This document shows positions 1-6,235 of a DNA stretch of 14,266 bases, in pieces. Every line of letters begins with the position of its first letter. The stretch's first letter is position 1. The notes under the pieces are model-generated. The model had not been told where the DNA came from. It saw only the letters and a list, made by a program, of their open reading frames with translations, and ran no database searches. The position numbers were made by a program, and so were the translations under genes. This DNA comes from Opitutia bacterium (lineage in GTDB: Bacteria > Verrucomicrobiota > Verrucomicrobiia > Opitutales > T3Sed10-336): assembly GCA_050506795.1 (NCBI GenBank), contig JBJHCF010000071.1:1-14266 (forward strand). The letters run 5' to 3'.

Positions 1-184
1 TCCCTGTACGTCCGGACCGGTCGCCAGCTGAAGCACGGCGCTACTTGATAATGGCCCCCTCGCGTAGGTCCGTGCTTCAGCCGGACGCCGGTTCCGGAGA
101 AGGCGTCCCTGTACGTCCGGACCGGTCGCCAGCTAAAGCATGGCGCTACGGCTTTACCTCCCCACCCGTAGGTCCGTGCTTCAG
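1..184. repeat. Tandem array of GTAG-type REP doublets (REPIN/BIME-like), period ~105 bp, running off the left edge
   Basis: 1-44 recurs at 106-149 and 64-80 recurs at 168-184. REP-A (+, 64-86) is GTAG-GTCCG-t-GCT-tc-AGC-CGGAC. REP-B (-, 22-44 and 127-149) is GTAG-CGCCR-t-GCT-tY-AGC-TGGCG. Each is a GTAG tetranucleotide followed by an imperfect palindrome, and A and B are arranged as an inverted pair. Confidence 0.9.
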
Positions 185-304
185 ACAGGCAATTCCCGAG
201 GCGCAACATCCCGAAAATCACGGCTTCGGAGCCCATCTCAGATATCGAAAATCGGAAAATAGTCACATCTTTTCCACGTAAGGAATCATTCTTCTCCATA
301 TATA

Positions 305-333
305 GTGCCATTCGGGAGTATACTTCGTATTAT
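305..333 (+). promoter_or_regulatory. Possible sigma70-type promoter for the pectate lyase gene
   Basis: GTGCCA (305-310)-N17-TATTAT (328-333) in an AT-rich intergenic stretch, 31 nt before ATG 365. An alternative -10-like TATCCT lies at 351-356. Confidence 0.35.
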
Positions 334-364
334 GAGACAAAAACACCCTGTATCCTTAACCAGC

Positions 365-2563
365 ATGAAATCTCCACTTTTCGCCCTCCTTACCGCCGCG
401 ATTCTGTTTCCTGTTTCCCAGGCCATGGCCGAGGATATTTTCTCCCGGGAAGCGGCGATCGTTAATGAAGACGCACCCATCGCCGACGCGGTGCCCTACG
501 CGCTTGAAATCCTGGTCGGCGCCGAGGCGCCCGCCGACGCCCGTCTGGCCGCCACCCGTATCCTCGACCGGGCGGGACCGGAAGCGAGTGAATTCGCCCT
601 GGATTTGGTTGAGCAACTGGAGGCGCTTTCCAAGGAGGAACGGTGGCGAATCAGCCGGGTTCTGGTGGAAAGCACGGCCCTCGAACCCGAACTCGCGCCG
701 CGTCTCCGAGTCATGGCAGCGGAGCCCTTCGCGACCGAGATTCGGGAATTCGCCATTCGCGTTCTGGCGGCCGCCCGATACGATGATCCCGAATTCATTG
801 CCGTGCTTCAGGAAACGGCGCGCCGGGAAAGCGACCCAACCCTGCGCCGCGCCGCCGCCCGCGCCCTGGAGGAAACCGCTTACCTCGACGAGCACAGTAT
901 CGCCCTGTTCGTGGCGCTTCTGGATGACGGAGACGAAAATCTCAGGTTGATTGGAGCCCGGGGCCTTTACCGGGCCGGAACGGAAGCCCGGCGGGCGGTG
1001 CCTCACCTTCTGGCGGCACTGACCGCGGAGGACGTTTACCCGCACCTGCAAAAGGCTCTGTGGAGAGCACTTCTTCGCGTCGCGCCGGAGGACGACCGGG
1101 TGGTCGGTCCGGAAGTGCGCCGCGGACATCGCGCGCCCCAGGACGAGTTGATACCCGGAATGATGCAAAGGCTGAGTACCGCTTTTCGCGAACGCGCGAT
1201 GGCGGACACCTACCAGGTCGACGCCTCGGTGTTGGAGGGAACCAGAACCGTTTCCCTCCGCGGATGGCGCAGTGACGAGCCGATGATTCCGGCGTTCCCG
1301 GAAGCCCGCGGATTCGGGATGTGGACCGCCGGCGGTCGCGGCGGGGAAATCCACCGCGTGACCAACTTGAATGATGACGGACCCGGTTCCCTGCGGGAGG
1401 CGATCGAGGGGGAAGGCCCCCGGATCGTCATTTTCGAGGTGGCCGGCACAATTTACCTGGAGGACACCCTCAATATCGTTTCTTCGCACCTCACCATTGC
1501 CGGACAAACCGCGCCCGGCGACGGCGTCGCCATCGCCGGGACCCACACCCACCTCGGCGCCCGGGATGTGATTCTGCGCAACCTCCGCTTCCGCCCCGGC
1601 TCCGCCTCGCGACGCGGAGACAAAGCAATCAACGTCCGGTATGCCGACAATGTGATCATCGACCAGGTCTCCACCAGTTGGGCCATGGAGGAAGTGCTCT
1701 CTGTCACCGAAAGCGGGCGGGTAACGGTGCAACGCAGCCTGATCACTCACCCGCTGGTCACCCCCGCGCGCCGCCCCGAAGGGCGCGGTTTCGGTTCCCT
1801 GGTCCGGGGCGCCGGCCCTGGGCGTCAGGACTACGCCCAGGGCTCGAACTACAGTTATCTCAATAACCTCTGGGCGCACTGCAACTCACGCGCTCCCCGT
1901 CCGGGCAATTACGTCCACCGCGACGATGACCCGGTCGGTCCCCTGTTCGACTTTCGCAACAATGTGATTTATAATTGGGGCGGCAATCGCCCCGGGGACA
2001 ACTACGACAACGAATCGATTACCCGTTATAACTTTATAGCCAACGACTACCGGCCCGGCCCAAATACCACCGCTCTCTTCGCCTTCAATCACGACGCCCC
2101 GTACGCGGTCGGACACTGGTCGGCCAACCGAATGGACGGAACGATACCCGAGGATCAATGGAGTCTGGTCATGGGCTACACCGAAGAGGAGCACCGGCGC
2201 CTTAACCCATTCCAGGCCGGCCTGGTGGACACGCTCAACGCGGACGAAGCCTACGAGCATGTTCTTGCCTACGCGGGCGCCTGGCCGCGGGATTCGTACG
2301 ACCGATCGGTTATCGAGGAAGTCGTAAACCGCACCGGTCACCTCATCGATGAAGACTTCGAAGTCGGCGGTTTGCCGAAACTCCGTCCCGCCCTGGCGCC
2401 TGTCGACACCAATCGCAACGGCATCCCCGACTGGTGGCAGATCAAACACGGCATCGCCCCCTCCGCCCACCTCGATTCCGCCGGAGACCTCAACGGCACC
2501 GGCTACACCAACATCGAAGAATACCTCAACGGCACGGACATGGAGCGGTTTGTTAAGTACTAG
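365..2563 (+). CDS. Exported polysaccharide lyase family 1 (pectate lyase-like, beta-helix) protein with N-terminal HEAT repeats, 732 aa
   Basis: ATG 365 gives a Sec signal peptide (MKSPLFALLTAAILFPVSQAMA|E). HEAT/PBS-like repeats follow (e.g. DPTLRRAAARALEE, LLDDGDENLRLIGARGL, AVPHLLAAL). From ~1292 come the PL1 motifs AFPEARGFG..TAGGRGG..VTNLNDDGPGSLREA..PRIVIFEVAGTI, TIAGQTAPGDG, VILRNLRFRPG, VIIDQVSTSW, RAPR and NNVIYNWG. The C-terminus is the Ca-binding-like DTNRNGIPDWW...GYTNIEEYLN tail. Confidence 0.9.
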   Translation: MKSPLFALLTAAILFPVSQAMAEDIFSREAAIVNEDAPIADAVPYALEILVGAEAPADARLAATRILDRAGPEASEFALDLVEQLEALSKEERWRISRVLVESTALEPELAPRLRVMAAEPFATEIREFAIRVLAAARYDDPEFIAVLQETARRESDPTLRRAAARALEETAYLDEHSIALFVALLDDGDENLRLIGARGLYRAGTEARRAVPHLLAALTAEDVYPHLQKALWRALLRVAPEDDRVVGPEVRRGHRAPQDELIPGMMQRLSTAFRERAMADTYQVDASVLEGTRTVSLRGWRSDEPMIPAFPEARGFGMWTAGGRGGEIHRVTNLNDDGPGSLREAIEGEGPRIVIFEVAGTIYLEDTLNIVSSHLTIAGQTAPGDGVAIAGTHTHLGARDVILRNLRFRPGSASRRGDKAINVRYADNVIIDQVSTSWAMEEVLSVTESGRVTVQRSLITHPLVTPARRPEGRGFGSLVRGAGPGRQDYAQGSNYSYLNNLWAHCNSRAPRPGNYVHRDDDPVGPLFDFRNNVIYNWGGNRPGDNYDNESITRYNFIANDYRPGPNTTALFAFNHDAPYAVGHWSANRMDGTIPEDQWSLVMGYTEEEHRRLNPFQAGLVDTLNADEAYEHVLAYAGAWPRDSYDRSVIEEVVNRTGHLIDEDFEVGGLPKLRPALAPVDTNRNGIPDWWQIKHGIAPSAHLDSAGDLNGTGYTNIEEYLNGTDMERFVKY

Positions 2564-3225
2564 CCCCGGGAGTCCCTCGGGCTTGGTCGATAGACACCGG
2601 GAGTCACCCATTCGGCTATTTCTCCGGGTGTGGTGAAAAGCGCATGCGGGTCGTGTGCTTCCAGCACTTCGCGATGCGCGTATCCCCAGGCGACCGCGCC
2701 GAAAGGGAGGCCGGCTTTGCGAGCCGCCTGGAGGTCTCTGAGTTCATCGCCGATGCAGAACGTTTTTTCCGGTTCCACCCGGGCACGACGGCGAACGGAT
2801 TGAAGCTTGGTGTGTTTGCCGAAGAGAGAACTGCCGCAGGAGAAATACCGGATCAAGGCGGTCAGTTCGGGCCCCAGGACCGCCTCCACGTTGGCGCGGG
2901 AGTTCGACGTCACCACCGCCAGGGTAACGCCCGAATCCGCCAAGTCGCGCAGCAGGTCCCCCACCCCCGCGAAAAGTTCGATCTCCCCGCGATCCCGCTC
3001 CATACGTGAACGGAAGAATCGCATCATGGACGGCAAGCTGCGGGCGGGTATCTTCAGCCGTTGCATGATTTCCCTGGTGTCACAATACCGCATCTCCTCC
3101 ACCTCCACAGTCTCCAATCGGCGAAACCCATGCGCCTCAGCCGCCTCATTGAACACCCGGGAAAACCAGCCGAAGGAATCCGCCAGGGTTCCGTCGAAAT
3201 CAAAAATCACCATTCGGCAACGCAT
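2560..3225 (-). CDS. HAD-superfamily hydrolase (phosphoglycolate phosphatase-like), ~221 aa
   Basis: Motif I IFDFDGTLADS lies right after the chosen ATG (3225; alternative 3213). Motif II is VVTSN, the motif III Lys is in FGK, and motif IV is IGDELRD..AA..AG, followed by VAWGY. The ORF extension to 3354 is not HAD-like and is probably intergenic. Confidence 0.9.
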   Translation of the reverse strand: MRCRMVIFDFDGTLADSFGWFSRVFNEAAEAHGFRRLETVEVEEMRYCDTREIMQRLKIPARSLPSMMRFFRSRMERDRGEIELFAGVGDLLRDLADSGVTLAVVTSNSRANVEAVLGPELTALIRYFSCGSSLFGKHTKLQSVRRRARVEPEKTFCIGDELRDLQAARKAGLPFGAVAWGYAHREVLEAHDPHALFTTPGEIAEWVTPGVYRPSPRDSRG

Positions 3226-3257
3226 AAGGCACGATTCCAAGGCAATTCCCGCCTCCG

Positions 3258-3345
3258 AGTCAACGGCCCTCCCGGCACAAAAACGGGATCGCCGGAGAGA
3301 AAAATCCGCTCCCTTCTTGCGATTATGCGGAATCTGGGGCATGGT
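3258..3345. promoter_or_regulatory. Putative divergent promoter region between the HAD and DUF151-PDZ genes
   Basis: Plus strand: TTGCGA (3317-3322)-N17-CATGGT (3340-3345)-N7-ATG 3353, a leaderless-type geometry. Minus strand: TTGACT (3263-3258) upstream of the HAD ATG, with only a weak -10. Confidence 0.3.
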
Positions 3346-3352
3346 GCCGACC

Positions 3353-4195
3353 ATGAGACGCTACCGACAGGCGGGAGTGATCGGTGCAACCGCCCTTACA
3401 TTATTCTTTGGCATCCCATTCACCGCGATCTCCGACGATTCTCGTCTGGACGATGCCGCGCTCTTCCCGGCGGAAATTTCCACCATCGGCATGGACCGTC
3501 TGACCGGCGCTCCCGTGGTGCTGCTGCGCGCCGTGGACTCGGGCCGGATCATCCCGATCTGGATCGGAGTCGCCGAAGCCCAGGCGATCGCGCTGGCGAT
3601 GCACGGCATCGAACCCCGGCGTCCCATGACCCACGACCTTATGGCGGCCCTCGTCCGTGCCGGAGGCACCGAGATTGAAGAAATCGCGGTGCACGATCTG
3701 CGCGACGACACCTATTTCGGCGCCGTGCATATGAAGCGGGGAGAGGACATTATGCGAATCGACAGTCGCCCCAGTGATGCGCTGGCTCTGGCGCTCAGGT
3801 TGGACGTTCCGATCCGAGTCGCCGGTAAAGTCATCAACGAGGCCCGGGACTTTCAGTTTGTTCCCCCCGAGGAAGCCGATCAGGTGGTCCGCGTCTTCGG
3901 CATGACCGCCGTGTATGCGTCGGCTCAGCGTCGCGCCCAGTTCGATATCGGGGACCGTGACGGGGTATTCATTTCCGAAATCTCCGAATACGCCTCTCGG
4001 GGTGACTTACAAGTCGGAGACCTGATCACGATGGTTAATGAAACCCCCGTGGGCACACCGGCCGAGTTCCTCAATGCCGCCGGCCGTCATTCCCCGGGGA
4101 CCGAGGTGACGATGACCTATATTCGCCGCGGCGAGGAAAGAACCACGGCCATAGAGGTCCCTCGCGAAAGAACGTCGACGTCCGATCCGATTTAG
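3353..4195 (+). CDS. Bifunctional nuclease (DUF151/BFN) domain protein with putative N-terminal signal peptide/anchor and C-terminal PDZ domain, ~280 aa
   Basis: DUF151 motifs PVVLL, IPIWIGVAEAQAIA, RPMTHDL and IDSRPSDALALALR..VPI span ~3470-3844. The C-terminal FGMT...GVFISEI..ASRGDLQVGDLITMVNETPV...VTMTYIRRGEE is HtrA-type PDZ-like. The N-terminus MRRYRQAGVIGATALTLFFGIPFTAIS is basic then hydrophobic. The upstream part of the 2807 ORF is an antisense shadow of the HAD gene. Alternative start ATG 3341. Confidence 0.88.
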   Translation: MRRYRQAGVIGATALTLFFGIPFTAISDDSRLDDAALFPAEISTIGMDRLTGAPVVLLRAVDSGRIIPIWIGVAEAQAIALAMHGIEPRRPMTHDLMAALVRAGGTEIEEIAVHDLRDDTYFGAVHMKRGEDIMRIDSRPSDALALALRLDVPIRVAGKVINEARDFQFVPPEEADQVVRVFGMTAVYASAQRRAQFDIGDRDGVFISEISEYASRGDLQVGDLITMVNETPVGTPAEFLNAAGRHSPGTEVTMTYIRRGEERTTAIEVPRERTSTSDPI

Positions 4196-4240
4196 AGCGA
4201 ATGCCGGGGGCTAAGCCGAATGGCACTCGGGTTAATACTT

Positions 4241-5716
4241 CTACCTCGCCGGCAGCTCGACCCGAAAAATCGCCCCGTGGTCAGCCGCGTCACTCACGGT
4301 GAGCTCTCCCCCGTGATCCCGCACAATGTCGCTGGAAATCCCCAATCCAAGCCCCAACCCAAAGTGGTTGGCCTGCTGTTTGGTGGTGAAGTTCGGTTCG
4401 AAGATCTTCTCTTTCAACTCCGGCGGAATTCCAGGACCGTTGTCCTCCACTTCGACAAAAACCCGGCCGGTGCCGGCCTGACCACACCGCACCCGCAGAG
4501 TACCGTGCCGCCCCATTGCCTCACAGGCGTTGTAGATCAGGTTCGTCCACACCTGGTTCAGTTTCCCTGAATCCCCCTTTACCATGGGAATCTCGGGAAG
4601 ATCGAGTTCGACTTGAAACGGTTTCAACGCGCTCCGGAGAATCAGCAACGTTTCCCGAATCCCTTCCCGCAGATCGATTTCATTTTCACCGTCACTTCCC
4701 GGCCGGGCGTATTTTTTCAAGTTAACCACCAGGTTCTGAATCCGCTCGGAAGAAACCTCAATGGTCTGCAGGTTAAGACCCGATTCAAACACGGGCAACA
4801 AACGTCCAAGGGTCTCGGGCGACAGATCGGGCGCCAAGGCGAGAATCTCAGGTGGAAGCCCCGCCAGACGTCGCAGGAGCGACCGCGGCAAGCGGGGATG
4901 CTTTTTCGTCAGGGCATCCAGACGTTCACGCTGGGTGGCCGTATCCGGAAGGTCGGCACACATTCCGGCCGTCCAGAAGTGCCGGGCCGATTCCCCCTCG
5001 TCGCCCTCGAAGATGCCCCTGAGCACTTCTTCGAACGCATCCTTCAAGTAATCGACCGATCGCAGCACCGCGGCTGCCGGATTATTGATCTCATGAGCCA
5101 GGCCCGCCACCAGACGACCCAATACCGCCATTTTCTCCTGGTGGGCGAGGCGGCTGCGGGTGGCCTCCAACTCGTGAACGGTGCGTCGCAGGGCATCCCG
5201 TTCTCGTTCCAGCTCAGCGTTGACCGTGGCTACCTCAAGATGGAGTTCCACCATTCGCCGATAACGCTGGGTGAGATTGTCCCGAATCAGAGTCTGCAGC
5301 CGCTCGTACAGAGCGGGAGCCGACTGCGCCAGGGATCCGAAAAGTTCGTACTCCATGGCCAGGGCTTTGACCGGCCGCGCCGCCACCGCATCAGTAAAAT
5401 TGGGGTTGCCCGTGCAGTACGACAACAGACCCACCAGATCACCCTCCCGGACCGAATCGACGGCAATGCGTTTTCCATTGGCCGCCCGCTTATACTGGGT
5501 GACCTCGCCTTCCAAAAGGCAAAAGATCTCTTTCCGGGAGCCCCCCTGCTTCAGGAGGGCGGTCCCGGTAGTAAAGGAACGGATACAGTTCCGAAGGTGC
5601 GGCGACGCCTCGACCAGTCGCCGAACCTCCGAAAGCGCCGCCAGGCGCTCCTCGGAGCGACCCGGAGGCTCGGGCAAGCTACTGTCCGGTGTCGACCCTG
5701 TTTCGCACGCGCACAT
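4241..5716 (-). CDS. Soluble sensor histidine kinase: cNMP-binding-like domain, coiled coil, HisKA, HATPase_c
   Basis: H-box EKMAVLGRLVAGLAHEINNP (His208), N-box QVWTNLIYNACEA, G1 EDNGPGIP, F-box IFEPNFTTK, G2 GLGLGLGIS. The N-terminal LLKQG...FCLLEGEV...EGDLVG is a Crp/cNMP beta-barrel pattern. No hydrophobic TM segment. The start is uncertain: ATG 5716 (overlaps the regulator by 38 nt) or in-frame TTG 5677. Confidence 0.93.
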   Translation of the reverse strand: MCACETGSTPDSSLPEPPGRSEERLAALSEVRRLVEASPHLRNCIRSFTTGTALLKQGGSRKEIFCLLEGEVTQYKRAANGKRIAVDSVREGDLVGLLSYCTGNPNFTDAVAARPVKALAMEYELFGSLAQSAPALYERLQTLIRDNLTQRYRRMVELHLEVATVNAELERERDALRRTVHELEATRSRLAHQEKMAVLGRLVAGLAHEINNPAAAVLRSVDYLKDAFEEVLRGIFEGDEGESARHFWTAGMCADLPDTATQRERLDALTKKHPRLPRSLLRRLAGLPPEILALAPDLSPETLGRLLPVFESGLNLQTIEVSSERIQNLVVNLKKYARPGSDGENEIDLREGIRETLLILRSALKPFQVELDLPEIPMVKGDSGKLNQVWTNLIYNACEAMGRHGTLRVRCGQAGTGRVFVEVEDNGPGIPPELKEKIFEPNFTTKQQANHFGLGLGLGISSDIVRDHGGELTVSDAADHGAIFRVELPAR

Positions 5717-6179
5717 ATTCGGCCAGCCGCTGGGTATCGAGGTACTTCATGTAGGCCAAAGGATCGAGTTTGCACTCCATGACGTATTCGGTCAATTCCT
5801 TTCGCGCCACCTCCAGCAGGGCCTCCTTTTTCCACGGCTTGGACACATAGTGGGTTATTCCCGCACGATTTATCGCGTCGACCGTATCCTCATGTCCGGC
5901 CTGTCCGGTGAAGAGAACCTTGCGCGTTTTCTCCATCCCGGGCCGGTCGCGCAGTTCGATCAGGAACTCCACTCCGTTTTTGCCCGGCATGACATGATCG
6001 CAGAACACCAGCCCCAGCCGGTGCCCATTCTCCAAAATACCGGAGATCATTCGTTCCGCGTCCGCCGCCGATTCCGCCGTCTCGATGGGGAACCCGTCTT
6101 CCAGTTCGGCCAGGTCGCGGGTTACCGCTCGCAGCACGTCGGCCTCATCATCAACACAAAGTAGATAGATCTTTTCCAT
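5679..6179 (-). CDS. Response regulator, receiver domain only with a ~35-aa C-terminal tail, 166 aa
   Basis: LCVDDE acidic pocket (D10/D11), phosphoacceptor D61 in FCDHVMPGKNG, T91 in LFTGQ, K114 in SKPW. No HTH or enzymatic output domain is visible. Confidence 0.93.
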   Translation of the reverse strand: MEKIYLLCVDDEADVLRAVTRDLAELEDGFPIETAESAADAERMISGILENGHRLGLVFCDHVMPGKNGVEFLIELRDRPGMEKTRKVLFTGQAGHEDTVDAINRAGITHYVSKPWKKEALLEVARKELTEYVMECKLDPLAYMKYLDTQRLAEYVRVRNRVDTGQ

Positions 6180-6214
6180 GATTCTCGCTTTCCATTCAAT
6201 TTAACATAAACTCC

Positions 6215-6230
6215 TGCAATTGTTCGGCCG
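6215..6230 (-). promoter_or_regulatory. Possible sigma54-like -24/-12 element upstream of the response regulator
   Basis: The minus strand reads CGGCCGAACAATTGCA (GG-N10-GC ending in TTGCA), 35 nt before ATG 6179. The -24 half deviates from TGGCAC. Confidence 0.2.
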
Positions 6231-6235
6231 GCCGC

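Noticed and set aside
1..184. CRISPR array interpretation of the terminal repeats with variable spacers
   Set aside because: The repeat unit is ~86 bp with 18-19-nt spacers that resemble each other, the units are inverted GTAG-hairpin pairs, and no cas genes are present. This fits REP/REPIN, not CRISPR.
45..281. 78-aa ORF at the left end
   Set aside because: It is translated REP repeat plus AT-rich promoter sequence, with no recognisable protein features.
2487..2535. Direct repeat ACCTCAACGGCAC (LNGT twice) near the lyase 3' end
   Set aside because: It is part of the Asp/Asn-rich Ca-binding-like tail usual in this lyase group, so it is a coding-level repeat only.
356..2611. Long antisense ORFs 356-1879 (507 aa) and 1886-2611 (241 aa)
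   Set aside because: They are shadows of the pectate lyase gene, expected from GC-rich codon bias, and carry no motifs.
2807..3352. N-terminal 182 aa of the 462-aa ORF as part of the DUF151 protein
   Set aside because: This stretch is Ser/Arg-rich antisense translation of the HAD gene. Protein-like sequence starts at Met 3341/3353.
5677..5716. Frameshifted REC-HK hybrid kinase (pseudogene or programmed frameshift)
   Set aside because: Both ORFs are complete on their own, with plausible overlapping or adjacent starts (ATG 5716, TTG 5677). No obvious slippery sequence lies at the junction. Not fully excluded without a homologue alignment.
4613..6164. Plus-strand ORFs 4613-5782 and 5271-6164
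   Set aside because: Antisense shadows of the kinase and regulator, which have complete canonical motifs.
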